Positions 26,385-35,330 are shown, counted from the first letter of the stretch. The stretch is 64,000 nt of DNA from a virus (IMGVR_UViG_3300047392_000113:55152-119151), one strand, 5' to 3'. Notes: generated from the letters alone by a model not told the origin. Translations and numbers: made by a program.

Positions 26385-28563
26385 TCTGAGCGCACGTTTG
26401 TTGGCCACAGAAAACCTTTCTGTTGTTCGTGCCAAAGCACCCACTGCATCCTTTAACATTAAGTCTCGTGTTTTGACTTTGCCTCTTTGGAAAGATATGA
26501 CTCCAGAGATCGAAGATATGCTTATCGGACACGAAGTTGGTCACGCATTGTGGACTGGCGAAGCATACTTGGAGCCGATTAAAGAAACACCCAAGTTGAT
26601 GACATATATGAACGTATTGGAAGACGTTCGTATCGAAAAGATGATGAAGCGTAAGTATCCTGGAATTCGTAAGCGTATGAATGAAGGTTACAAGCAACTC
26701 AATGAACGTGACTTCTTTGGTGTTAAGTCTATCCAAGACTTCAATGAGTTGCTATTGATTGACCGCATCAATCTGTATTTCAAAGTTGGTTTCGATTGTG
26801 GTGTTACATTCACGCCTGTAGAAAAAGCATTCGTGAATCGTGCAGAGCGCACTGAGACCATGGAAGAGATTGTTGCCTTGGCTCAGGAAATTTTCGCATA
26901 TTCTAAAGAACAAGCTGAGAAGCGTAAACAAGAGCGCATGGAATTGGGCTTGGACTCTGAAGAAGATGAAGACGAAGACGATGAACCGATGCAAGGTGAT
27001 TTTGATATCGATGATCTTGATGACTTTGATCTTGAAGAAGACGAAGACGCTGGCGATGATAAGAAAACATCCAAGGGTGGTTCAAGCAAAGAAAATCAAG
27101 ATGCTGCCAGTGACGATGTTAAGGATGAAGACTTAGAAGCCAAAACTGATAAGGTATTCCAACAACGTCTTGAGGAATTGGCTGACGATTCTACAGAGTA
27201 CTTGTACTGGAAATTCGATACAAAATACTATGAAGATCCAGTTGTTGGCTACAAGACTATTCTCAATGAGACTAAGTCTATCCACGATTGGAATGCTGAC
27301 TTGTATCAACAACAAGACTACAAGACTCGCTACATGGACGATGCCCAGCGTAGAGAATTCTTTGGCACTTTCACCCGAGAGTATGATCAATTCAAAACCG
27401 ATTCTATGCGCACGGTAAATTACCTTGTTAAAGAATTCGAGATGAAGAAGTCTGCACAAATTCTTAAACGTGCTCAGGTTTCCAAATCTGGTTCTCTGAG
27501 TATGGGTAAGGTTTGGGCTTACAAACTGCAAGATGATTTATTCAAGCGTGTGACTGTCTTACCACAAGGTAAGAATCACGGTATGGTTATGTTGCTGGAC
27601 TGGTCTGGTTCCATGGACGCTGTATTGCAAGACACATTGAAGCAGGTTATTAACCTTGCTATGTTCTGCCAACGAATCCAAGTGCCATATCGTGTGTATG
27701 CATTTTCAACTGATTACGAAAAAGATTTGTCTTATGACGAACGCAATCTTCGTCATCAAAAGATGCGTGACTTCTATTCATCTCTTGGTGATCGTACTAG
27801 TTTGTTGAGCAACACACGTGGTTTCCACTTGTTGGAATTCTTCAACGATAAGATGTCTTCATCCGAGTTTAATGAAATGTCTCGTCGTTTGTTGGATTAT
27901 CGTTTCCGTTGGAATGATGGTTACAGTACTTCTGGTACTCCATTGAACGAAGCATTGGCATGGTGCTATCTGAATCTTGGTGAGTTTATCAAGAGAAACA
28001 ATCTCGAGAAAACTACATTCATTACTCTTACTGATGGTGAAGGTGGTCAGCTGCATGGTGATGGTCGTCGTCTTGAGTCTGTTCGTAATGATTATATTGA
28101 CGGTAAATACACCCGCACTAAACTGCGCCATTTTATCCGTGATGACGTTACGAAGAAAACTTATGAGTTGAACAATCATTCTGCAACTCAGACTGAAACG
28201 ATTTTGCGAATGATCAAAGATCGCCACAATGTGAACACCGTAGGTTTCTATATCTGCCGTAATCATCGTCGTGATTTGCAGTCTGTCATTGGTGCAAACC
28301 TTCCAGGTTATACTGGCAGTACTGAAGTTTTGATTGAGAATTGGAGAAAACAATTCCGTGATCAATCCTTCGCTTCTGTCAAAAACACTGGGCGTGATGA
28401 GTTGTTCTTGATTCCTCAGTCTTCTACAAAGATTGAAGAAGGTGAACTTGATGTCAAGTCTGATGCAAAGGCTGCTAGCATTGCTCGCAACTTTAGCAAA
28501 TACCTGAACGTTAAGAAGACTTCTCGGGTGCTTTTGAATCGTTTCGTGGCTCTTGTAGCCTAA
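26365..28563 (+). CDS. cobT: CobT-like von Willebrand factor A (VWA) domain protein with an acidic linker and a predicted metallopeptidase-like HExxH (HEVGH) near the N-terminus.
   Basis: MIDAS motif LLDWSGSM in a VWA fold region. Long acidic stretch EEDEDEDDEP...DDLDDFDLEEDED. HEVGHALW motif near the N-terminus. Gene pairs with the following MoxR/CobS ATPase. Confidence 0.65.
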   Translation: MQNTASDLSARLLATENLSVVRAKAPTASFNIKSRVLTLPLWKDMTPEIEDMLIGHEVGHALWTGEAYLEPIKETPKLMTYMNVLEDVRIEKMMKRKYPGIRKRMNEGYKQLNERDFFGVKSIQDFNELLLIDRINLYFKVGFDCGVTFTPVEKAFVNRAERTETMEEIVALAQEIFAYSKEQAEKRKQERMELGLDSEEDEDEDDEPMQGDFDIDDLDDFDLEEDEDAGDDKKTSKGGSSKENQDAASDDVKDEDLEAKTDKVFQQRLEELADDSTEYLYWKFDTKYYEDPVVGYKTILNETKSIHDWNADLYQQQDYKTRYMDDAQRREFFGTFTREYDQFKTDSMRTVNYLVKEFEMKKSAQILKRAQVSKSGSLSMGKVWAYKLQDDLFKRVTVLPQGKNHGMVMLLDWSGSMDAVLQDTLKQVINLAMFCQRIQVPYRVYAFSTDYEKDLSYDERNLRHQKMRDFYSSLGDRTSLLSNTRGFHLLEFFNDKMSSSEFNEMSRRLLDYRFRWNDGYSTSGTPLNEALAWCYLNLGEFIKRNNLEKTTFITLTDGEGGQLHGDGRRLESVRNDYIDGKYTRTKLRHFIRDDVTKKTYELNNHSATQTETILRMIKDRHNVNTVGFYICRNHRRDLQSVIGANLPGYTGSTEVLIENWRKQFRDQSFASVKNTGRDELFLIPQSSTKIEEGELDVKSDAKAASIARNFSKYLNVKKTSRVLLNRFVALVA

Positions 28564-28569
28564 AACGTA

Positions 28570-28672
28570 AGTATTACATCTGTAAGTTGTTGATTTTACA
28601 AGGAAAATAACCCTACTTTTTGTGGGGTTATTTCCAAAAAGTTGTTGACTTTTTTGCAGATTGATGTATAAT
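28570..28672 (+). promoter_or_regulatory. PeSL-like cassette: AAGTATTAC, 21-nt motif TGTAAGTTGTTGATTTTACAA (28581-28601), hairpin 28607-28631, promoter TTGACT-16-TGTATAAT.
   Basis: -35 at 28645-50 and -10 at 28667-72. The 21-nt motif recurs inverted at 38682-38702 and degenerate at 26131-47. Confidence 0.6.
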
Positions 28673-28694
28673 ATGTGTATGTTCTTGATTATGA

Positions 28695-29867
28695 ATGGAG
28701 TTTGTGATGAGTAAAGTTGACGCTGTGGTTCGCCGTGAGTTTGAGATTAAACTTGCTGAGATGTTCCCCGATACCCAAACGTCTGGGCAGGTATCTCGCC
28801 CCCAACTTATTGAAGTTATGGGTGCTCTAAAGACAGAGAAGTTCCCTCTCTGGCTTATGAAAAATAAAGTTGGTCGTGGTATTTACGCTATTGATGGTGG
28901 TAAAACTACAACTGTTGTTGGTAATACCGCATTGAAAGATGAACCCGTGGAATCATACGTTGTTGACTACACAAATGTAGAATCACTTATCCCTCTTAAA
29001 GATCCAAACTTTGTTCCATTCGGTAACTACACTGATTTGGAAAACATTATCAAGTCTGGTATTTTCTATCCTGCATACATCTCTGGTCCAACTGGTAACG
29101 GTAAGTCCACGATGGTCGAACAAATTTGTGCCAAGCACAAGCGTCCACTGATTCGTGTTAACCTGAACATGATGACTGACGAAGAACAACTCATCGGTTC
29201 CAAAACTCTTCAGAATGGAAACGTAGAAGTTGTGGAAGGTCCAGTTCTTATCGCTATGCGCACTGGTACAACTCTGCTGCTTGACGAAATTGACGCTGGC
29301 TCTGCTAACACTCTGTTGTGTTTGCAACCAATTCTCGAAGGTAAACCCTACTACTTCAAGCTGAACAACGAGATGATTGTTCCTGCCAAGGGTTTCAATA
29401 TCTGCGCCACTGCTAACACAAAGGGTAAAGGCTCAGACGATGGTCGTTATATTGGTACTAACGTACTGAACGAAGCGTTCTTGGAGCGTTTCGCTGTAAC
29501 CTTTGAACAGGAATATCCTAGTGCTAAGGTTGAAGTTAAGATTGTTAAGAATCTTATGGAATCTTACGGTTGTGCAGACGAAGAATTTGCAGAGACTCTC
29601 GTTAAGTGGGCTGATGCAATTCGTCGCACATTCGAAGATGGTGGTGTCGATGAGACTATTACGACTCGTCGTATGATTCACATCGTACGTGCCTTTGCGA
29701 TTTTCCAGAATCGTGCTAAGGCAGTTGAGTTGTGTTGCAATCGTTTCGACTCGGCTACTAAGGATGCGTTCCTGAAGCTGTACGATAACATTGCAAACCC
29801 TGCTCCCGAAGCACCTCCTGTAGTGGAAGCACCGACTCCTCGTCCTTCGGATGAAGTTCCATTCTAA
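28695..29867 (+). CDS. cobS: CobS-like MoxR-family AAA+ ATPase.
   Basis: Walker A GPTGNGKST, Walker B LLLDEIDAG, overall similarity to aerobic cobaltochelatase CobS / phage CobS proteins. Probable start MSKVDAV at 28707. Confidence 0.85.
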   Translation: MEFVMSKVDAVVRREFEIKLAEMFPDTQTSGQVSRPQLIEVMGALKTEKFPLWLMKNKVGRGIYAIDGGKTTTVVGNTALKDEPVESYVVDYTNVESLIPLKDPNFVPFGNYTDLENIIKSGIFYPAYISGPTGNGKSTMVEQICAKHKRPLIRVNLNMMTDEEQLIGSKTLQNGNVEVVEGPVLIAMRTGTTLLLDEIDAGSANTLLCLQPILEGKPYYFKLNNEMIVPAKGFNICATANTKGKGSDDGRYIGTNVLNEAFLERFAVTFEQEYPSAKVEVKIVKNLMESYGCADEEFAETLVKWADAIRRTFEDGGVDETITTRRMIHIVRAFAIFQNRAKAVELCCNRFDSATKDAFLKLYDNIANPAPEAPPVVEAPTPRPSDEVPF

Positions 29868-29870
29868 AAA

Positions 29871-29948
29871 GTAATACTTAAGTAATCCCTTGCAAGTTGT
29901 AGGGGATTACAACTAAGTGTTGACTTCTTGGATGGTTTGGTGTATAAT
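29871..29948 (+). promoter_or_regulatory. PeSL-like cassette: GTAATACT motif, hairpin GTAATCCC-13nt-GGGATTAC, promoter TTGACT-17-TATAAT.
   Basis: Stem 29882-89/29903-10. -35 at 29920-25, -10 at 29943-48. Confidence 0.6.
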
Positions 29949-29990
29949 ATAGTCTTGAAATCGTTGAAATCTTTCTAAAGGAAATTTATT

Positions 29991-30473
29991 ATGTTGAAAT
30001 TTGCTGACTTGTCTTTGTCTCAAAAGCGTTTTGTTGTGGCTCTGTTGGAAGCTAATCCTCAGTACAAGAAAAACTCTCAGATTACTCTGAAGGAATGTGC
30101 TGCGTTCTATTACACTATGCGTGACCAACGCACTGGTGCTAAGGGCGAGAAGATCGGTTATCCTAACTGGTTGTTCAACAAGAACAAAGTTGAGCGTGGT
30201 TTGTACCAAGTACCTGTGCCTAACGCAACTGAATTGTCTGCGTTCGCTAAGGAAGTTGCTGCAAAGCAAGCACCGAAGGCTACTGCAAAAGCAGCTAAGG
30301 CTACTGTAGCCAAAGTTGTTAAGGTGAAGACTGCAAAGGTCGCACCTGCTCCTGCCAAGGAGAAAACTCTGGAAGGCACTCGTCTCCAGAAAGTTATCGA
30401 TGAATCCATCAGCATGGACGACGAAGTCGAAGACTTCAATCAGATCCTGCGTGAGAATGGTATCGAAGTCTAA
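29991..30473 (+). CDS. Protein with N-terminal globular domain and histone H1/AlgP-like Ala/Lys-rich repeat tail. Putative DNA-binding.
   Basis: AAKQAPKATAKAAKATVAKVVKVKTAKVAPAPAKEK low-complexity KA(P) repeats, acidic C-terminus. Confidence 0.45.
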   Translation: MLKFADLSLSQKRFVVALLEANPQYKKNSQITLKECAAFYYTMRDQRTGAKGEKIGYPNWLFNKNKVERGLYQVPVPNATELSAFAKEVAAKQAPKATAKAAKATVAKVVKVKTAKVAPAPAKEKTLEGTRLQKVIDESISMDDEVEDFNQILRENGIEV

Positions 30474-30490
30474 TTATTTTAGTTTAGTTG

Positions 30491-30527
30491 GCTGACGAGG
30501 GACACCATCCCCTCGTCGGCTTTTTTC
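30491..30527 (+). terminator. Rho-independent terminator.
   Basis: GCTGACGAGGG-acaccatc-CCCTCGTCGGC followed by TTTTTT. Confidence 0.8.
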
Positions 30528-30556
30528 GTTTGATGGTTTTATAATGGAGAAATTCT

Positions 30557-30817
30557 ATGTCTCGACAAGCTAAGTTGCTTTCTTACCTGCAGACTGGTGC
30601 TGAAGTTACTGCTCGCCAGATCCACGGATCTTTTGGTTTGAAGAATCCTCATGATGCAATTCACCAATTGCGTTCACAAGGATATTGCATTTATTCTAAT
30701 CGTGCTAAACTTTCTGATGGCTCTGCCACCACTAAGTACCGTATCGGTAAACCAAGCAAGCGTATGGTTGCATTGGCTAACATGATCGGTGGCGGTTCTA
30801 TTTTCGCCCGTAGCTAA
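30557..30817 (+). CDS. Small basic protein, possible winged-helix DNA-binding protein.
   Basis: 86 aa with a predicted HTH-like segment (AEVTARQIHGSFGLKNPHDAIHQLRSQG). No firm family assignment. Confidence 0.3.
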   Translation: MSRQAKLLSYLQTGAEVTARQIHGSFGLKNPHDAIHQLRSQGYCIYSNRAKLSDGSATTKYRIGKPSKRMVALANMIGGGSIFARS

Positions 30818-30869
30818 TCGGTCAATGGGTATTCTCTGAGTACCCATTAGCAGTTTAACTGGAGAGAAA

Positions 30870-31202
30870 ATGGCTACGTTAGAAGAAGTAAAAGCATCCC
30901 AAAAATCGACCACTGGAGGTCGTAAATTTGACGGTGGTAAACTGCAGTATGGTTTACTCCCACCTTTGGCACTGGCAGAAACAGTAAAGGTTCTGACATT
31001 TGGTGCAGAGAAATACGAACCCGATAATTGGAAACAAGTACCTGATTCCAAGCGTCGTTATTTCGATGCCCTTCAACGACACCTGTGGGCTTACAAAGCA
31101 GGTGAAGAACTAGACCCTGAGTCTGGTATCCACCATCTGGCACATGCAATGTGTTGCCTGATGTTTCTTTATGAACACGATGTGAAGTACTCGAAGGAAT
31201 AA
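30870..31202 (+). CDS. DUF550-like nucleoside triphosphate pyrophosphohydrolase (MazG-related, dATP/dGTP diphosphohydrolase N-domain family).
   Basis: KFDGGKLQYGLLPPLALAETVKVLTFGAEKYEPDNW...HLAHAM resembles the conserved core of the phage dATP/dGTP pyrophosphohydrolase DUF550 domain. Confidence 0.45.
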   Translation: MATLEEVKASQKSTTGGRKFDGGKLQYGLLPPLALAETVKVLTFGAEKYEPDNWKQVPDSKRRYFDALQRHLWAYKAGEELDPESGIHHLAHAMCCLMFLYEHDVKYSKE

Positions 31203-31203
31203 T

Positions 31204-31578
31204 ATGTTATTTGGTATCAATCCAATTATACATTCAGATCTTAAAGTTCAACTTGAGAATCTGAAAAAAGAAAACGAAAACCTAAAATATGCCAATGACG
31301 TATATCGTAAACGTCTTGAAGGTGAGATGGCTACTGCTTCAGTTGCTATTGACTGGAATGCAATGAAAGTTTTCTCAGTTGAGCGTATGTGGGAAAACGG
31401 ACTACCAAAAACAGTCCTTGGTTATATGTTATCAGAGCCAATGGTCACTACTTCTGGCGAAGGTGTTGAACGTGTAACTGAGAAAGAAATTGTTCGTGAG
31501 TGGACGTTATATTGTTCTGCAGAAAAGCATGAACAATTGGTCGTGGAATTTAATCAATATTTAATGGAGAAACAGTGA
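31204..31578 (+). CDS. Hypothetical protein with N-terminal coiled coil.
   Basis: 124-aa ORF coupled to neighbours. No motif. Confidence 0.35.
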   Translation: MLFGINPIIHSDLKVQLENLKKENENLKYANDVYRKRLEGEMATASVAIDWNAMKVFSVERMWENGLPKTVLGYMLSEPMVTTSGEGVERVTEKEIVREWTLYCSAEKHEQLVVEFNQYLMEKQ

Positions 31579-32450
31579 TGTTTATTTTTGGCGTAACCTT
31601 GCTCTTGGCGATTGCAGCTGCAATTTTTCTTTATGTTTTGCACGAAACTCGTGGTGGAACTACAACGTATCCATTCCGTAAACTTGTAGCACTACCTTTC
31701 ATTCTTCCAGTAGTTGTTCTGGTGTTTGAATCCTTTACTGTTGTTTCTGCTGGTCACGTTGGTGTTCAGGTTACAATGGGTACTGTGAATCCCGAAACTC
31801 TTTCTGAAGGTGTTCACTTGGTGAATCCTGTGTCACGTGTTCGTGATGTTGAAGTTCGAGTTGTAAAGGCAGACTTGAAGGGTGCTAGTGCTGGTACCAA
31901 AGACTTGCAAGTTGTACACACTGACCTAGTTGTTAACTACCGAATTGATGGTAGCAAAGCAGCACACATGTACAAAGAGTTTGGATTGGATCTAGAGAAT
32001 AAGATTCTTCTTCCTGCTGCAAACGAATCTTTCAAAGCAGTCACTGCACATTACAATTCTGAAGAACTTGTTATCAAACGTGATCAAGTCAGCAAGGGTA
32101 TTCACGATGAGTTACAAAACAAAGTCGGTAAGTATGGTTTGACTATTAGCGAAATCTCTTTGGTTAACTTTGGATTCTCTGCAGAGTACCAACAAGCCAT
32201 CGAACAAAAGGTTATTGCTACACAACAAAAGCAAAAAGCTGAACAAGACTTAGAGCGTATCAAAGTTGAAGCACAACAAGCAATTGCTCGTGCTGAGGGT
32301 AATGCAAAGGCTATTCAGATTCAAGCACAGGCTATCCAAAATCAAGGTGGTGCTGCTTATGTGCAACTTCGTGCAATTGAAAAGTGGGACGGTAAGCTAC
32401 CCCAATACAATGGCGGTGGTGCAGTTCCTTTCGTAAACTTGGGGAAATAA
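31575..32450 (+). CDS. SPFH/band-7 (prohibitin/HflK-like) membrane protein.
   Basis: N-terminal TM helix, then SAGHVGVQVTMG...VHTDLVVNYRI...IKRDQVS...LTISEISLVNFGFSAEYQQAIEQK plus a C-terminal coiled coil (QQKQKAEQDLERIKVEAQQAIARAEG) typical of the PHB domain. Confidence 0.7.
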   Translation: MMFIFGVTLLLAIAAAIFLYVLHETRGGTTTYPFRKLVALPFILPVVVLVFESFTVVSAGHVGVQVTMGTVNPETLSEGVHLVNPVSRVRDVEVRVVKADLKGASAGTKDLQVVHTDLVVNYRIDGSKAAHMYKEFGLDLENKILLPAANESFKAVTAHYNSEELVIKRDQVSKGIHDELQNKVGKYGLTISEISLVNFGFSAEYQQAIEQKVIATQQKQKAEQDLERIKVEAQQAIARAEGNAKAIQIQAQAIQNQGGAAYVQLRAIEKWDGKLPQYNGGGAVPFVNLGK

Positions 32451-32699
32451 ATGACACTAGCATCTGATGCAGATAAAAAGAAACTCCACGCTGCAATCGT
32501 GGAAATTAGTAACTCAATGACTCGTATTGAAGGTGAGCGAGACTTGATTAAGGAAACTGTGAAGGATCTTTCTGATGCCTTCCAGATTCCTAAGAAGACT
32601 ATTAGCAAGATTGCCAAAACGTACCACAAACAAAACTTCTCTCAAGCTGTTGCTGAGAACGAAGAATTTGAAGAGTTGTACGAAAAGATTACAAAATAA
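32451..32699 (+). CDS. Hypothetical small acidic protein.
   Basis: 82-aa ORF. No motif. Confidence 0.35.
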   Translation: MTLASDADKKKLHAAIVEISNSMTRIEGERDLIKETVKDLSDAFQIPKKTISKIAKTYHKQNFSQAVAENEEFEELYEKITK

Positions 32700-32769
32700 A
32701 TTTGTCAGAAAGCCCAATTTCGGGTAAAATGTTTTATACATAGTAATGTGTTTATTGAATGGAGAAAAT

Positions 32770-33426
32770 ATGAAACTTAGTAAAGAGACTGTCGGTCTGA
32801 TTAAGAATTTTGCTGGCATCAACAGCAACCTTCTGTTAAAGAGTGGCAACAAGCTGGCAACAATCAGCGCACAGAAAAACGTAATGGCTGACGCCACTGT
32901 TACAGAAACATTCCCAGACTTTGGTATCTATGACTTGAATGAGTTTTTGGGTGCAATGTCTTTGTTTGAAGATCCTGAATTGGACTTCAGCGAGAAGTAT
33001 GTAACTATTAAACAAGGTAATAGTTCTATCAAGTATTTCGCTGCAGATGCTAGCGTACTTACTGCTCCTCAAAAGAGCATTACATTCCCGAATGCTGAGA
33101 TCGAATTTAATATGAGCGCAAATATGCTCAGTATGATTCAGCGTACTGCTTCTGTACTTCGTGCATCTGACGTATCAATCGTTGGTGACGGATCAACAAT
33201 CACTGCAGTTGTTGGCGATAAAAAGAACTTAACTGGTAACTCGTTTAACCAACCTGTTGGTCAAACTGATAAATCTTTCAAGGTTAACTTGAAGGTTGAA
33301 AACCTAAAGATGCTTCCAGGCGATTATGTCGTGAGCATCTCTAGCAAGAAAATCTCTCGCTTCCAAGGCACTGGAGACCTAGTTTATTATGTAGCAGTCG
33401 AAGCAGATTCCACCTTTGACTTTTGA
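32770..33426 (+). CDS. gp45: Sliding clamp gp45.
   Basis: MKLSKETVGLIKNFAGINSNLLLKSG...YVVSISSKKISRFQGTGDLVYYVAVEADSTFDF aligns end-to-end with T4 gp45 (MKLSKDTTALLKNFATINSGIMLKSG...ANYVVALEADSTHDF). GGAG RBS. Confidence 0.9.
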   Translation: MKLSKETVGLIKNFAGINSNLLLKSGNKLATISAQKNVMADATVTETFPDFGIYDLNEFLGAMSLFEDPELDFSEKYVTIKQGNSSIKYFAADASVLTAPQKSITFPNAEIEFNMSANMLSMIQRTASVLRASDVSIVGDGSTITAVVGDKKNLTGNSFNQPVGQTDKSFKVNLKVENLKMLPGDYVVSISSKKISRFQGTGDLVYYVAVEADSTFDF

Positions 33427-33429
33427 TTT

Positions 33430-33460
33430 AAGAGGGAGATTATAATCCCTCTTCTTTTTA
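33430..33460 (+). terminator. Rho-independent terminator after gp45.
   Basis: AAGAGGGA-gattataa-TCCCTCTT followed by CTTTTTATT. Confidence 0.6.
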
Positions 33461-33473
33461 TTATGGATGTATT

Positions 33474-34037
33474 ATGACTGCAAATATCAAAGATCCTTTA
33501 TACTTTTACACATCGTTCAACTCACGTGAAGAACTAGAAGCTGAGATACAAAAGCGTGAAGAGGTTTCTGCTTACAACAAACAGAATGCAGAAACTTGGT
33601 ATGAGGATTTGTCGAGATTCATCAATAGAAACCTTTATCAAAACACTATTGACAATGCTAGACCTAAGGGTAAGAACAAGAGAAAGTTTGAACACACCAT
33701 AACGTTGGATAACCTAGAGAAAATGTGGGAACATAATAAAGGGTTATGTGCTGCAACTGGTGTTCCTATGACTTGGCGTAAAGACGATTCTCCTATCACT
33801 CGTGTCACAGTAGATAGGATCGATTCTTATCGTGGTTATACTCTTGATAATATATGGCTAGTTACAAGTGGATTTAATACGATGAAGATGGAGTTTCATC
33901 TTAGCGAAGTGTTAAAGGTTTTCCCTTATGAGAAAACGACAGATACATTTAAACAAATTTTGGAAGAAATGCGGTTAGGAAAAAGATTGACTCATAATGA
34001 TCATCTGCTTCCTACTAATATTGAAGCAACTTTTTGA
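33474..34037 (+). CDS. Hypothetical protein with a degenerate HNH-like segment (possible homing-endonuclease relic) inserted between gp45 and gp44.
   Basis: LCAATGVPMTW...VDRIDSYRGYTLDNIWLVTSGFNTMK fits the HNH pattern C..CG...DHID...N...LC..CN..K with His→Arg and Cys→Ser/Gly substitutions. Confidence 0.35.
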   Translation: MTANIKDPLYFYTSFNSREELEAEIQKREEVSAYNKQNAETWYEDLSRFINRNLYQNTIDNARPKGKNKRKFEHTITLDNLEKMWEHNKGLCAATGVPMTWRKDDSPITRVTVDRIDSYRGYTLDNIWLVTSGFNTMKMEFHLSEVLKVFPYEKTTDTFKQILEEMRLGKRLTHNDHLLPTNIEATF

Positions 34038-34047
34038 GGATTATATA

Positions 34048-34998
34048 ATGGATATTCGTGATGGACAGTTTTTGTGGGTCGAGAAGTATCGCCCACAGAC
34101 TATTGATGATTGTATTTTACCCGAACGTCTGAAAAAGACTTTCAAGGACTATGTGGCACAGGGTGAACTGCCACATATGCTACTCTGTGGAACTGCTGGT
34201 GTAGGTAAGACCACAATTGCTAAGGCATTGTGTAACGAGATTGGTGCAGAGTATATCGTTCTTAACGGCTCTGACACTGGTGGTCACGTTGATACTTTGC
34301 GTGATCTAGTCAAAGGTTTTGCCACAACAGTCTCTCTAACTGACGCTAAGAAAGTCGTTATTATGGACGAGGCTGACTATATGCAAGTAGCCTCAACGCA
34401 ACCTGCTTTGCGTAACTACATGGAAGAGTTTTCTGCAAACTGCCGATTCATTTTCACTTGTAACTTTAAGAATCGTATCATTGAACCCATCCATAGCCGT
34501 TGTGCTGTGATTGAGTTTAAGATCGATGCTGCAGATAAAGCTAAGATTGCTACCGCATTCTATCGACGTGCCGTAGATATTCTTACTGCGGAAAAGATTG
34601 AATTTGATTCCAAAGTCGTAGCTGAACTTATCACTAAGCACTACCCAGATTGGCGTCGTGTTTTGAACGAGTTGCAACGCTATAGCGTTTCTGGTAAGAT
34701 CGATACAGGTATCCTTGCTAACCTTAGCGAAGAATCCTATAATGCTCTTATTAATGCGATGAAGGTTCGTGACTACTCCGCTGTACGTAAGTGGGTTGGT
34801 ACTAATACCGACGTTGATACCATTCAATTGTTTAGAGAACTTTACGATAGCGCCAGCGAAAAGATGGAACCTTCTACGATCCCTAATCTAGTTTTGGTTC
34901 TTGCAGACTATCAGTATAAAGCTGCTTTTGTTGCTGATCAAGAATTGAATACCATGGCTGCAATGACAGAAATTATGGTGCAATGTAAATTCAAGTGA
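34048..34998 (+). CDS. gp44: Clamp loader large subunit gp44 (RFC-like AAA+).
   Basis: EKYRPQTIDDCILPE...LLCGTAGVGKTT aligns with the T4 gp44 N-terminus (EQKYRPSTIDECILPA...SPSPGTGKTT). Walker B VVIMDEAD. SRC-like motif. Confidence 0.85.
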   Translation: MDIRDGQFLWVEKYRPQTIDDCILPERLKKTFKDYVAQGELPHMLLCGTAGVGKTTIAKALCNEIGAEYIVLNGSDTGGHVDTLRDLVKGFATTVSLTDAKKVVIMDEADYMQVASTQPALRNYMEEFSANCRFIFTCNFKNRIIEPIHSRCAVIEFKIDAADKAKIATAFYRRAVDILTAEKIEFDSKVVAELITKHYPDWRRVLNELQRYSVSGKIDTGILANLSEESYNALINAMKVRDYSAVRKWVGTNTDVDTIQLFRELYDSASEKMEPSTIPNLVLVLADYQYKAAFVADQELNTMAAMTEIMVQCKFK

Positions 34999-35005
34999 GG
35001 ATACT

Positions 35006-35329
35006 ATGGAAGAATTTTTAGTAGTTGTTGCAGTGTTTGTTGTAGGTTTCATATTTGGTTGGGATTTCCGTGAACGTACTGCACGTAAATTTGTTGATAA
35101 ATTCTTAAGTGAGAATCTGGATACCCTCCAACGCCATGTAGATGAGAACACGGTAAGTATTATTATCGAGAGACATGGAGAAATGCTCTATATCTTTCAA
35201 AAAGATGACAGTTCTTTTATGGCTCAGGGTAAGAATCGTGAAGAATTGGAATCGGCTTTGGCTAAAAAGTATCCAGGAAAACAATTCTTTGCATCCCCAG
35301 AAAACTTAAAAGAAGTTGGGTTTAAATAA
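35006..35329 (+). CDS. Small membrane-anchored hypothetical protein.
   Basis: N-terminal TM helix FLVVVAVFVVGFIFGW. 107 aa. Confidence 0.35.
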   Translation: MEEFLVVVAVFVVGFIFGWDFRERTARKFVDKFLSENLDTLQRHVDENTVSIIIERHGEMLYIFQKDDSSFMAQGKNREELESALAKKYPGKQFFASPENLKEVGFK

Positions 35330-35330
35330 T

